Source: Candidatus Latescibacterota bacterium (GTDB taxonomy: Bacteria > Latescibacterota > UBA2968 > GCA-2709665). From it: DNA of 64,000 bases. This document shows, piece by piece, positions 46,940 through 57,650 of this stretch. Below the pieces are notes generated by a model, which was not told the DNA's origin, searched no databases, and saw only the letters and a list, made by a program, of their open reading frames with translations. The position numbers and the translations under genes were made by a program. The first letter of the stretch is position 1. Every line of letters begins with the position of its first letter. The stretch is from assembly GCA_965116875.1 (NCBI GenBank), contig OZ220733.1, positions 1,472,001-1,536,000 on the forward strand, in the 5' to 3' direction.

Positions 46940-47680
46940 TTACAATTTACGGAATATCATCCCAACAACCAACCCGGCGGCCAGCGCCACGAGTACCGAG
47001 ACGACGCCGTAAAGCCCCCCATGTTGGAAGGCGACGTTGGAAAGCATCCGTACAAACCCGGTTTTTTCGACAGAAATCGACTGTACGGTTTCCGAAACCA
47101 GCGTGAGTTCGTTGAAACAATACAGCGTTGCGCGATAGGTTCCGGGCCGAACAGCGGGCGGCACCCGGAATTCCGCACGGAAACCGGCGAATGCGCCGTC
47201 GCGGTCGGACAATGCCACCGAACCCGGCCGGACCGCGTAGAATCCCCGCTGAATTTTCAGGCGCAGAAATTCGTCGAACACGAACCCGTCATCGCCCGGA
47301 GGCGACTGCTCGATGGCAGCGCTTCGTCGGAGCGCGTCGAACCCCTCCCCGGCGGCTTCCAGCTGCCGAACGAGGTCCGCGGAATCGCTTGAAGCGGCGA
47401 CCATATAGAGCCCCGGCAGCGCGTTGAACACGACGCTGCCCGTACTCACCCACAGGGGGCCGCGCTTGTCCTTTCTGCGATACGCGGAGGCACGCCGTTC
47501 CCCTTCCAGCTTCAGGACGATCCGGCAGTCCCTCTGAACCGTCCCGGTCGCAACCAGTCCCGCGCCCCTGAAAAAGAGGTCGACCTCAACGCGCGAGGGA
47601 GACAGCTGGAGCGTCGGCTCCGCCGCGCAGGGCACGGCAAAAAGCATTGTCAACACACCGGCGCAGGCCCGGAAGATCAT
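46940..47680 (-). CDS. TIGR02186 family protein (usual TauE neighbour)
   Basis: Signal peptide; F.GA, RRKDK.GPLWV, PGLYMVAAS; C-terminal TM (LYGVVSVLVALAAG); overlaps the TauE stop. Confidence 0.8.
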   Translation of the reverse strand: MIFRACAGVLTMLFAVPCAAEPTLQLSPSRVEVDLFFRGAGLVATGTVQRDCRIVLKLEGERRASAYRRKDKRGPLWVSTGSVVFNALPGLYMVAASSDSADLVRQLEAAGEGFDALRRSAAIEQSPPGDDGFVFDEFLRLKIQRGFYAVRPGSVALSDRDGAFAGFRAEFRVPPAVRPGTYRATLYCFNELTLVSETVQSISVEKTGFVRMLSNVAFQHGGLYGVVSVLVALAAGLVVGMIFRKL

Positions 47681-48669
47681 CCGTGCGCTCCCCAGTCTGC
47701 GAGCAGTATCGCCGGCGCCGACAAGAGATCCGACAGCATCTTTCCCATCACCAGGAGTACAATCGCAGCGAGAAGTATCTTGAACTGCTCCGCCCCCAGG
47801 CGCCTGCCGATCCGGACGCCCGCCTGGGTGCCCAGCGTGGACCCTGCAAGCAGCGTCAATGCCAGCACGAAATCCACCGTATGATTGGTATAGGCGTGCA
47901 TCAGGGTGACGTTGATACACGTAAACATCACCTGCAACAGGCTGGTTCCTACCACCACGGCCATGGGCATCTTCAGCAGGTACAACATGGTCGGCACCAT
48001 GATGAAGCCGCCGCCCACGCCCATAATCGCGGCGAGCATGCCCACCAGGATTCCCAGCCCCAACGGAACCAGCAGGGACATCGTGGTTCCGGCCGTCTCG
48101 AACCGGATTTTCCACGGCAGCGCACGGTTGAGCCGGACGAACCAGGACACCACACCGCCAATTTTGTTCACCCAGGCCAGCGGGCGCTCCGCCCAGGTGA
48201 TCCGCAATTCCCGCCTCGCCCGGTCCCCCGCCTTGACGACTGTTTCCGCGCGCAGCCCCAGGAGCCCGTCCACGAACATGATGCCGCCCACGGTCGCCAG
48301 CATGAAGACGTAGCAGATATGTATGGCGAGGTCCGCATTGCCGAGCGCGCGCAACACCTTGATGAGCTGCACGCCGGCAGTGCCGCCAGCAAACCCCCCG
48401 ACGATCAACAAAGAGGCCATCCGAAGATCGACGTTTTTCAACCTCCAGTGGGCATAGACCCCGGATGCCGAAGCCGCCACGATCTGATTGGCATCGGATG
48501 CCGCTGCAATCGTGGGAGGTATCCCGATCATGATCAACAGAGGCGTCAGCAGAAACCCGCCGCCCACGCCGAACAGACCCGAAAGCAGCCCGACGCCGGC
48601 GCCCAGCGTGAGCAGCAACCACAGGTTGACGCTCGTGCCCGCTATGGGCAGATACAGAGAAAAATCCAA
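47677..48669 (-). CDS. Sulfite exporter TauE/SafE (TSUP) family protein
   Basis: LYLPIA, twin GVGGGF motifs, VVGTSL; AGGAGG RBS and TTG start. Confidence 0.92.
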   Translation of the reverse strand: MDFSLYLPIAGTSVNLWLLLTLGAGVGLLSGLFGVGGGFLLTPLLIMIGIPPTIAAASDANQIVAASASGVYAHWRLKNVDLRMASLLIVGGFAGGTAGVQLIKVLRALGNADLAIHICYVFMLATVGGIMFVDGLLGLRAETVVKAGDRARRELRITWAERPLAWVNKIGGVVSWFVRLNRALPWKIRFETAGTTMSLLVPLGLGILVGMLAAIMGVGGGFIMVPTMLYLLKMPMAVVVGTSLLQVMFTCINVTLMHAYTNHTVDFVLALTLLAGSTLGTQAGVRIGRRLGAEQFKILLAAIVLLVMGKMLSDLLSAPAILLADWGAHG

Positions 48670-48985
48670 ACCGGCCTCCTGTAAGTTGCACCGCACACAC
48701 CAGCCCTCATAATCTCCCTCACACGGTGAAAAGTCAAGCGGAAACGCCCGCTTCAGCGCCCGGTCAAGAGGCGGGAAACCCGGGGGAACGGGAAAAAGCC
48801 GGCGCAGGGGAGAAGCAATCGCCCGACCCAATGTGCCCTGCCCGTGCCGTTTTCACTTTCAAATTCAATCGGTACGGTTTAGATTTCCACTCGGGAACCC
48901 ATCGGCTGGCTCGGGGAGCGGCTCACGGATGACGAGCCGGGTCCCGAACCTGTCGAAGCACGTTTACCAGCAGAGGAGAGTATAT

Positions 48986-50662
48986 ATGCCCCGCCTGACC
49001 GGCGGCCGGTTCATCGCCGAGACGGTCCACGGATACGGGATCACCCACGTGTTTTTCATGCCCGTGATCGCGCCCCGTGCCCTGATGGAAATGGAACGGC
49101 TGGGAATCCGGCGCATCATGACCCATGGCGAGAAGAGCGCGGCCTATATGGCCGATGCCTATGCGCGGGTCCGCCGGAGCGCCGGCATCTGCATGGCGCA
49201 ATCCGTGGGGGCCGCAAACCTCGCCGCCGGGCTTCAGGACGCGTATCTCGCGTGTTCCCCCGTGATTGCCATCACCGGCCGGCAAACCCAGATCAACCGT
49301 CACCGCCACGCCTATCAGGAAGTGGACCACGTGGCGCCGTTCGACGCGGTTACCAAGTACAACGTTCTGGTGGACCGGCCCGAGCAACTCCCCTACTTCC
49401 TGAGGCAGGCCTTCCGTGAAGCCACCACGGCAACGCCCGGGCCCGTTCATCTCGACGTGGCGGGATTCATTGGAGACGTGGTGGCGAACGCCGAAGCCGA
49501 TCTGGACGTGGTGACCGAAGAACCCTTCGCCCAACTGCCTCCCTTCCGGCCCGAGCCCGACCCGGAGGCCGTCCGCAGGGCGATCGATCTGCTGACCGCC
49601 GCGGAACGCCCGATTGTCGTCGCCGGCGGTGGGATCGTCTCTTCCGGCGCCGGCGCAGCGCTACGGGTATTCGCGGAAAAGCTCTCCATTCCAGTGGCCA
49701 CGTCGCTGAACGCCAAGGAGGCCTTCCCTTACGACCATCCCCTCGCCGTGGGTGTCTGCGGATTGTATTCCCGCGAATGCGCAAACCGCGCCGTCTGCGA
49801 GGCGGATCTGGTCTTCTTTGTCGGAAGCCATACCGGCGGTCAGGTCACGAACGACTGGACCGTTCCTCCGGCCGGCACCCATGTCATTCAACTCGACATC
49901 AACCCGTCCGAGATCGGACGCTCCTATCCGATCCGGCTCGGTATTCAGGCCGACGCGAATGCCGGACTTTCCAGGCTGATCGATGCCGCGCCGGCTTCCG
50001 TCACGCGCGACGCCTGGACGTCGCGCGTCCGGAAACTCGCCTCCCGGTGGCGCGAGAGCGTGGCCCCGTTCGTCAATTCGGACGAGGTCCCCATTCGACC
50101 CGAGCGCCTGTGCAGGGAACTGACCCGGCATCTGCCCTCCGACGCCATCCTCGTTTCCGATACCGGCCACTCCGGAATCTGGACCGGAACCCTGATCGAT
50201 CTCATCCATCCGGGTCAGTCCTATATCAGATGTTCCGGATCCCTCGGCTGGGGCATTCCCGCGGCCGTCGGCGCACGGTGCGCCGCTCCGGACCGGCCGG
50301 TCGTGTGCTTCACCGGCGACGGCGGCATCTGGTATCACGTCACGGAACTGGACACCGCCGTTCGAAACGACATACCCGTTGTCGTGGTGGTCAACAACAA
50401 CCACTCCCTCAACCAGGAGAAGGAACTCAACGAAGATATCTACGGAGGCCCGGAACCGGGGTCCGACGAACTCTGGCACATGACGGACGGCGATTTTGCG
50501 AAAATGGCGGAATCGATGGACTGCATGGGCATCACGGTACGAAGGGCGGAGGCGTTTGGAAGCGCCCTCGACGAGGCGATCACATCCGGGAAACCGGCTG
50601 TGATCGACGTCAAGACCCACATCGACGGGATCGCGCCGCCGGCGTGGTCTCCGCCGGTATGA
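48986..50662 (+). CDS. Thiamine pyrophosphate-dependent enzyme (acetolactate synthase large-subunit-like)
   Basis: GEKSAAYMADAYAR, PGPVHL, GSLGWGIP, GDGG-x-NNN ThDP motif. Confidence 0.92.
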   Translation: MPRLTGGRFIAETVHGYGITHVFFMPVIAPRALMEMERLGIRRIMTHGEKSAAYMADAYARVRRSAGICMAQSVGAANLAAGLQDAYLACSPVIAITGRQTQINRHRHAYQEVDHVAPFDAVTKYNVLVDRPEQLPYFLRQAFREATTATPGPVHLDVAGFIGDVVANAEADLDVVTEEPFAQLPPFRPEPDPEAVRRAIDLLTAAERPIVVAGGGIVSSGAGAALRVFAEKLSIPVATSLNAKEAFPYDHPLAVGVCGLYSRECANRAVCEADLVFFVGSHTGGQVTNDWTVPPAGTHVIQLDINPSEIGRSYPIRLGIQADANAGLSRLIDAAPASVTRDAWTSRVRKLASRWRESVAPFVNSDEVPIRPERLCRELTRHLPSDAILVSDTGHSGIWTGTLIDLIHPGQSYIRCSGSLGWGIPAAVGARCAAPDRPVVCFTGDGGIWYHVTELDTAVRNDIPVVVVVNNNHSLNQEKELNEDIYGGPEPGSDELWHMTDGDFAKMAESMDCMGITVRRAEAFGSALDEAITSGKPAVIDVKTHIDGIAPPAWSPPV

Positions 50663-51576
50663 ATCCGGAAGGGAACAAACCCATCATGCTGCCTCCTGGA
50701 GATGAGAACCTCAAGATCCTCGTCGTGGTGGCCCATCCGCACGATGTGTGCCACATGGGGGGCACGTGCGCCCACCACGTCGATCGTGGCGACAGCGTCT
50801 CCGTGGTGGCCATAACCGGAGGACAGCGTACCCATAACGAAGAACTGGCGGACGAACTCCGCAAGCCGTCCGAACGGCAGGACATGGACGTCATTCACGG
50901 TTCGCAGGAAGACTACGCGAAACGCAAAACGGAGGAATTCGCGAGAGCGTGCGCAGTATTCGGCATCACCGACGTAACCGTGCTGCCGTTCTCCGATCAT
51001 CCCCTCGAAGTCACTGAAGACGTGGTGTCGGCGCTGGCCGATATTCTGTACGTCGTCCGCCCTCAAATGATCCTGACCCATGCGCCGTACACCCTTCCCG
51101 ACCGCCGCTTTCACTACGCGTGGGTGAACGACCATACCGCAGCCGGCATCGCGGTTCAAAAGGCGCTCAACCACGTTTCCATCCCGGACACGAAACTGGG
51201 CCGCGCGCCTCACAGAGCGGCCGCCATTTATTATACGGGCATTGATTACGGGTTCCACGAGGTCGACGTCTGTATCGATATCTCCGATCAGGTTGAGAAC
51301 CGGATCAGGGCAGAGGAATTATTCGAATCCCAGGGGCACACGTCCGAGTTCGCAATAAAGCGGATCGAGTCCAGCGCGGGATTTCAGGGGTGGAAGGCCG
51401 GCACCGGTTACGCCGAGACCTTCATCCGCGGGTACCGGGAGATCTCGCGGTGTCTGTCCGTCACGAAGGAAAATCTCCTGCTTGCCGGGAGTTCGCATGA
51501 GGATCGGCTGCGCTGGATCACCGGCGAGAGCCCGCACGGCGGCGAGCAGGACGTGCGTCAACGGCGGCGCGAATAA
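50659..51576 (+). CDS. PIG-L/LmbE family deacetylase
   Basis: VVVAHPHD...GGT, RK.EF..AC..FG, P..ILTH, DH, SQ, YAETF; ATGA overlap with the upstream gene. Confidence 0.85.
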   Translation: MNPEGNKPIMLPPGDENLKILVVVAHPHDVCHMGGTCAHHVDRGDSVSVVAITGGQRTHNEELADELRKPSERQDMDVIHGSQEDYAKRKTEEFARACAVFGITDVTVLPFSDHPLEVTEDVVSALADILYVVRPQMILTHAPYTLPDRRFHYAWVNDHTAAGIAVQKALNHVSIPDTKLGRAPHRAAAIYYTGIDYGFHEVDVCIDISDQVENRIRAEELFESQGHTSEFAIKRIESSAGFQGWKAGTGYAETFIRGYREISRCLSVTKENLLLAGSSHEDRLRWITGESPHGGEQDVRQRRRE

Positions 51577-51724
51577 GCCGAACGGCCTGAAGAGCGCGTA
51601 TCGTTCGAACGGTCCGGGCGCACGGGATTGCTGTTGCCTGTACTCACGGGATTCCGCATATTCACGCACGTAATCTGCGTTCGTGACCGGCGCATCCCAC
51701 AACCCGATGGCAAGGAAGGTCTCT

Positions 51725-53289
51725 ATGCATAGAGTCAATCGTCGCTCCGTTGTATCTTTCGGTTCAATCCTGCTCCTGGCGCTCGTCTTTCCCGTCATGG
51801 CCTGCGCAGGGGAAACCGCCACCGGTGATTCGGCAAACAGCTGGATACAGAGCAACCTTGCCGACCTGGACCGGCTCTTCGGAAACACGGTCGAACTTCT
51901 GGCGACGGTCCTCTTCGCATCGTTCGGCACCGGGATTCCGCTCATCGTCCTTGTGCTTCTGCTGGGCGGCATCTATTATTCGTTCTTCTTCGGATGGATT
52001 TCCCTGAAGGGGCTCCGCCATTCCATCGACGTCATCCGCGGCCGCTACGACAATCCGGACGATCCCGGAGAAATCTCGCACTTCCAGGCCCTCACCAGCG
52101 CGCTCTCGGCCACGGTCGGGCTCGGAAACATCGCCGGAGTCGCCATCGCCGTAAGTCTCGGCGGACCGGGCGCGATTTTCTGGATGCTCGTCACCGCGGT
52201 CTTCGGCATGTCATCCAAGCTCGCCTCCTGCACCCTGGCAGTCATGTACAGGAAGATACACCCCGACGGCCGCGTGTCGGGCGGGCCCATGTATTACCTT
52301 GAAAACGGCCTCAAATTGAAAGGCATGGGGGAGTTCGGACGCACACTGGCGGTCATGTTCGCCTTTCTGACCGTGGGGGGAAGCCTGGGCGGCGGCAATA
52401 TGTTCCAGGCCAATCAGACGCTGGAAATACTGGGCACCGTTTCGCCGGTCTTCAAGGACTACAACTGGCTGGTCGGCATCGTGCTGGCGGCCATGGTCGC
52501 CGTCGTGATTATCGGCGGAATCAGGCGGATCGGGCGCGTTCCTCCCGCGTGGTGCCCACCATGTGCCTGTTGTACGTCGCCACCTGCCTTCTGATCATCC
52601 TTGCCAACTTTACCCGAATTCCTGAAATGTTGGCTACCATCTTCAGCCAGGCCTTTTCGCCCCAGGCGCTCTACGGCGGCTTCATCGGCGTGCTGGTAAC
52701 CGGCATCCGGCGCGCCGCCTTCTCCAACGAAGCCGGCCTTGGATCCGCGGCGTTCGCGCACGCTGCGGCCAAAACCGACGAACCCGCCCGGGAGGGCATG
52801 GTCGCGATGATCGGGCCATTCATCGACACGATCATCATCTGTCTGATGACGGGGCTCGTCTGCCTGATCACGGGCGTCTACGCGGACCCGCAGTTCCTGG
52901 GCCAGGCCCAGCAGGGACAGCCGGTCGGCGCCGCGATGACGGCCGCTGCATTCGAAACCTTCATCCCGGGCGCCCGGCACGTGCTCGCCATCGCCGTCGT
53001 CCTTTTCGCCTATTCCACCATGATCTCCTGGTCCTACTACGGTGAGCGGGCATGGGAGTATCTCTTCGGTACGGGCACCATCCTCGTGTACCGCGTCATC
53101 TTCGTCGTGTTCGTCTTCCTCGGCGCCGTCACCGCACTCACGAACGTACTCAACTTCACCGACATGATGATCCTCGGAATGGCCTTCCCCAACATCATCG
53201 GCGGCGTGATCCTCAGCCCGCACATCAAGGCCACCCTCAATGAGTACTGGGGCCGGCTGAAATCCGGGCAGATGAAAGTGTATAAATAG
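51725..53289 (+). pseudogene. Alanine/glycine:cation symporter (AGCS/AlsT) with a 1-nt frameshift near 52540
   Basis: ATVGLGNIAGVA, GGPGAIFWM and GGPMYY in ORF1; FSNEAGLGS and FIDT in ORF2. Adding one base after GTT (52538-52540) restores GGIRRIGRV-x-SRVVPTM. Confidence 0.8.
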
Positions 53290-53303
53290 GAATGTCAGAC
53301 GTA

Positions 53304-53343
53304 TAAAAGAGGGGCGCTGCAAAACCGCAGCGCCCCTCTTTTA
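53304..53343. terminator. Bidirectional intrinsic terminator
   Basis: TAAAAGAGGGGCGCTGC-AAAACC-GCAGCGCCCCTCTTTTA. Confidence 0.85.
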
Positions 53344-53351
53344 TTGTTCGT

Positions 53352-53593
53352 GACCTACCTACCCCCTTCCTGAAGGAAGAAGGAAAAAGGAAGAAGGAAA
53401 AAGTAGCGGTAACTTTGACGTCTGTCACTTCTGCAATCGGACTCTCGCAAGAATCGAATGGAAGCGGATTGCTGAGGAGAGCGGAAAACCGGCGGCGCTT
53501 CCTTGTATATCAGAATGTCTATCAATGACCGGCACGCGACGTGTGCCTTTCCTCCCTCTCTCCCGGTGGGAGAGAGGGCCGGGGAGAGAGGTC
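53352..53593. repeat. Family C mosaic element copy 3 (MITE-free allele)
   Basis: Collinear with 31748-32149 without the 31867-32032 insert. Confidence 0.78.
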
Positions 53594-53604
53594 GCTGACA
53601 GCTC

Positions 53605-54579
53605 TTACACGTCGTCAATCGATACGGGTTCGCCGGTTTCGAGCGACCGGTTTACCGCCACCACAACCTCCTGGGTCTTCACGGCGTCGGAGTACGGGCA
53701 TCGGAGCTTCGATCCGTCGCCGGTGCGGACCGCCTCGATGAAGGCATTGTCCATTTCCTGCCAGAACGGGTTGCCGACCTCGAAATGCTCGGACCGGTCC
53801 CCCTGCACAACCGTAATGGATTTTCTCTCTTTGTATTCGATGACCATATCTTTCGTGAAGATGTCCAACCCGCCGCGATGGCCGCACGACATGAAACAGG
53901 CCGAAAAAAGCGTCGCCAGCGTTCCGTTCTCGAAGATCAACGTCGCCGCGCTCGCGTCCTCGATATCGTAGTCTTCCACGTCCGTCATCAACCCCGTACG
54001 GCCCCCCGCGAACACGGTTTTCACGTCACCGAATAGATAGCGCGCCATGTCCGTGACGTGAACCGTCTGCTCCACGGCCTGCCCGCCGGACAAATGCTTC
54101 CGGCGCCACCAGTAGGCGCCCGGCAGCCCCCCCATCCAGTACCCGATCGCCAGTCCGACCTGCCGGTCCGCAAGCAGGTCCCGCGTTCTGTCGATAATGT
54201 CCAGGTAGCGACCCTGAAAGCCCACGCAGGAGATCACCCCGTTCTCACGGATGGCCGCGTCCGCCTCCCGCGCCGTATCCATGCCCAGGCCGATCGGTTT
54301 CTCCACAAAAAGCGCGATCCCCTTCTCCGCGGCCAGGATTTCCTGCGTCTCGTGCGCAAACGGTGGGACGCAGACGTAGACCGCATCCAGCTCCACCTCG
54401 TTCAGCATGGACCTGTAGTCCGTGAACACGCCGGCGTTCCATTCCGCCGCGGCCTCGACGGCCTTCACCCGGTCCACGTCGCATACGGCCACGACCCTGA
54501 CGCCGTCAATTTGCTTCAAGTGCCGGCGATGCGCGCGTGAGATGTTCCCGGCGCCGATAAAGCCAACCTTCACCGTCAT
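53605..54579 (-). CDS. Gfo/Idh/MocA family oxidoreductase
   Basis: GFIGAGNI, FVEKP, EQTVHVTD. Confidence 0.92.
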   Translation of the reverse strand: MTVKVGFIGAGNISRAHRRHLKQIDGVRVVAVCDVDRVKAVEAAAEWNAGVFTDYRSMLNEVELDAVYVCVPPFAHETQEILAAEKGIALFVEKPIGLGMDTAREADAAIRENGVISCVGFQGRYLDIIDRTRDLLADRQVGLAIGYWMGGLPGAYWWRRKHLSGGQAVEQTVHVTDMARYLFGDVKTVFAGGRTGLMTDVEDYDIEDASAATLIFENGTLATLFSACFMSCGHRGGLDIFTKDMVIEYKERKSITVVQGDRSEHFEVGNPFWQEMDNAFIEAVRTGDGSKLRCPYSDAVKTQEVVVAVNRSLETGEPVSIDDV

Positions 54580-54617
54580 CGCAGATCCTTTACAGAATTG
54601 AAAGCGTCATCGGGTTG

Positions 54618-57392
54618 CTATTTCAACTCTTCCTTCAGCGCCCGGATCGTCTCCTCCAGCGCCTTCATCTCCCTGCCCGCCTGTTCCCAGTCCCACTGCT
54701 GCATCGCCGATCGCACGCGTGAGTAGTGCGCGTCCGCCTTTGCAGCCAGTTCGGCCGCGGAACGCCCTGTCCCCACTGCAACTTGCGTCGCCTGCCTCTC
54801 CTCTTCACTTTCCGCCAGGGTGGCGCCGACACCTTCTCCGAACAGGACCGTCAGCGCCTCCTCGAACGTTTTTCGCATCACCACCTGCCCGCCGAAGGCC
54901 ACGATCACCTGCTTCAGCTCAGGAATGGCCGTACTGCGTTCCTGCTGCCGCCTCTGCGGAGGCTGCCCCCCGGGTATCCCCTCCTCCTGCCCGTACGCCG
55001 GCTGGTCGGGCTCCTGCCTGGCCTGCAGATAGATGGGTTCGACGTAGATAAATGAGCTCTCCACCGGAATCGCCAGCAGGTTCCCGCGGATCACCTCCGA
55101 TCCGCGCTGCCCCCACAGTGTCAACTGGCTGGAGATGTCCGGCTGCTGGTCCACCCTCGCTTCGATCTGCATCGGACCGTAGATGAGCTTGTCCTTGGGA
55201 AGCTTGTACACCAGCAGGTGTCCGTAGTTATCACCGTCGGACCGCGCCGCGAGCCAGGCGATCATATTGTCTCTCTTTGCGGGCGTGAACGGCACCATCA
55301 GCAGGAATTCCTCCTGGCTCTCGCCCGGCAGCTTGACGATGATATAGTAAGGCAGCATCGGCTGCGGCTGGTCGCTGTAAATCTCGTTCGGGATCTCCCA
55401 GAGATCTTCCTGGTTGAAGAAGACGTTGACGTCTTCCATGTGATAATTCCGGTACATGGAGGCCTGCGCGTAAAACAGGTCGATTGGATACCTCACGTGC
55501 GCTCTCAATTTTTCCGGCATGGCGGACATCGGCTGGAACACGCCCGGGAACATCTCGCCATAGGATCGAATCAGCGGGTCTTCCCCATCCACCTGATAGA
55601 ACGTCACCGTGCCGTTGTAGGCATCGACCACCACTTTAACGGAGTTTCTGATATAGTTGATCCTCATGCGCCCCGATCGGGTGGAGTACGGATACATATC
55701 GGAAATCGTGTACGCATCCTGTATCCAGTAGAGCCGCCCTTCGGACGCCACGATATAGGGATCGGTGTCGTACATGAGAAAGGGAACCAGCGTCTGCACC
55801 CGTTCCCGGATCTGCCTGCGGAACATGATGCGGCTTTCGGGCAACATGTAACCGCTCAGCAGGAGGCTTACGTCCCAGAATCGAATGGCGAACGCCAGCC
55901 GATTGATGAAGCCGCCCGTGGGCACGCCCCCTGACCCCTCATAGGTGGAGTACTGGTTCTCATCGCCCTTCGGGTAGTCGAACTCCTGGATCCCGGTCTT
56001 CACCGCCACGTACGCGTAGGTTCTTTCGCCGTAATAGATCTCGGGTCGTTCCACCTCCAGCCCCGGATCCGAAATCGGCGGAATATCCTTGACCATGAAC
56101 GCCGGCAGGCCCTCCGGAGTGACGTGGTTGACCGGGCTGATGGTCACCCCGTATCCGTGGGTGTACTGCAGACGCTCGTTGACCCAGTTCCTCGCCTGGG
56201 ACGGCAGGCGGTTGGTATCCAGTTCCCTGGCGGACAGCATCACCTGACGGTATACGCCATCCACTGTATACCGGTCCACGTCCACGTTCGGGAATACGTA
56301 ATAGGGACGGATTTCCTGCACCTGCTGGTAGGTCTGCTTCAGGGGGCGTTCGTCCCAGATCCGGATATTTCGCATTGTCAGCGGGTTTGCCTGAATATCC
56401 GCCAGCGTCAGGTCCTCCGAGGCCTCGAACGGCTGCTCGACGATCCGGTCCAGCCCGTATGCCCGGTTGGTCGCTTCGATGTTGTACTTGATATAGGGTC
56501 CTTCACGGCGGAGTTCGCTCGGCTCCACCACAAGCTTCTGCACGACCGTGGCGGGCACGGCCCCCACGACGATCGTGCCGATGACCAGCACGCCGACACC
56601 CCTGAGCGGCAACCGGGAATTGGGCGATCTGACGTTCAGAAACAGGAAGACCGCCGCAGCCAGGAAGACGATCACCATCACCCAGAATGCCCAGATCTGA
56701 ACGTTGACGTCCACGTAACCGGCCCCGAAAAAACGCCCCTGCGAATACAGAAGGCCGTAGATCTTCAACCGGTACTTCCAGGCCAGCGCCAGGAGGAATA
56801 CCCCGCCCAATCCCGACAGGTGGGCCATGGGCCGTTCCTCCACCTCAAGCCCCTCCCGGATCCCGATGCCGCCCGCAGTTACATACATCACCACGACCAC
56901 GAGCGCCGACAACACCAGCGCCGCAATCAGATACCCGGACAGAAAGTCGTAAAACGGAAGCAGGAACACATAGAATCCCACCTCCTTATTGAAAATCGGA
57001 TCGACGGCGCCGAACGGCTGTTCATAGAGGTACCGCAGAAGAACCGGCCATTGGCTGGCGCCGATGTTGCCCAGGACGAACACCAGCACGACGCCGATGA
57101 GAATCCGGGCCTTTCCGGACTGCAGAACGCCTCCGGTTTCGCCCTCCACGCGCACCGCCCGCTGCGTTATCCTTCCGGCAATCCACAGGTTCACCCCCAC
57201 CACGACGGCCGCAATCGCGCCGAATAACATGCCCGATCCGAAGCGGGCGCGAATGATACGCCAGAAAACCGAATCGAATTCCAGGCTCCTGAACCAGAGC
57301 CAGTCCGTATAGTATGACACCAGAAAACTGATACCGAAGAACCCGCCAACCAGCACGCCAAGAACGATCCATCCCCTCGGACGACGATCCAT
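54618..57392 (-). CDS. UPF0182 family membrane protein
   Basis: YTDWLWF, DPIF..VGFYVF.LP, NIR.WD, DVDRY, YTHGYG, NYIRNSVK, YGP.Q. Confidence 0.95.
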   Translation of the reverse strand: MDRRPRGWIVLGVLVGGFFGISFLVSYYTDWLWFRSLEFDSVFWRIIRARFGSGMLFGAIAAVVVGVNLWIAGRITQRAVRVEGETGGVLQSGKARILIGVVLVFVLGNIGASQWPVLLRYLYEQPFGAVDPIFNKEVGFYVFLLPFYDFLSGYLIAALVLSALVVVVMYVTAGGIGIREGLEVEERPMAHLSGLGGVFLLALAWKYRLKIYGLLYSQGRFFGAGYVDVNVQIWAFWVMVIVFLAAAVFLFLNVRSPNSRLPLRGVGVLVIGTIVVGAVPATVVQKLVVEPSELRREGPYIKYNIEATNRAYGLDRIVEQPFEASEDLTLADIQANPLTMRNIRIWDERPLKQTYQQVQEIRPYYVFPNVDVDRYTVDGVYRQVMLSARELDTNRLPSQARNWVNERLQYTHGYGVTISPVNHVTPEGLPAFMVKDIPPISDPGLEVERPEIYYGERTYAYVAVKTGIQEFDYPKGDENQYSTYEGSGGVPTGGFINRLAFAIRFWDVSLLLSGYMLPESRIMFRRQIRERVQTLVPFLMYDTDPYIVASEGRLYWIQDAYTISDMYPYSTRSGRMRINYIRNSVKVVVDAYNGTVTFYQVDGEDPLIRSYGEMFPGVFQPMSAMPEKLRAHVRYPIDLFYAQASMYRNYHMEDVNVFFNQEDLWEIPNEIYSDQPQPMLPYYIIVKLPGESQEEFLLMVPFTPAKRDNMIAWLAARSDGDNYGHLLVYKLPKDKLIYGPMQIEARVDQQPDISSQLTLWGQRGSEVIRGNLLAIPVESSFIYVEPIYLQARQEPDQPAYGQEEGIPGGQPPQRRQQERSTAIPELKQVIVAFGGQVVMRKTFEEALTVLFGEGVGATLAESEEERQATQVAVGTGRSAAELAAKADAHYSRVRSAMQQWDWEQAGREMKALEETIRALKEELK

Positions 57393-57650
57393 ACTTGCTC
57401 CTTTTCCAATAACATGACGAAGTGATGATTTCCATCACAAGTAAACAAAAAAACCGCTTTCTGTCAGTAAAAACATTTTACGGCGGTGAGACGTAATCGG
57501 AAATAAGGAAAAAGGAAGAAGGGAGAAGGTAGAAAAGCGGGGAGAGGTCCGCGAGACGGAAACCTATTAATTGACATCCGGCGCCGGCTTTATCTTATTG
57601 TCCGTGTCGTTCATCTGCTTCAGCGGCCTGAGCTATACCAGGAGTGCGCC

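Noticed and set aside
46940-48700. 586-aa and 599-aa track ORFs (46940..48700 and 49777..51576) as fusion proteins
   Set aside because: Their N-terminal parts overlap the TauE and ThDP genes out of frame; the real starts are 47680 and 50659, each overlapping the upstream stop.
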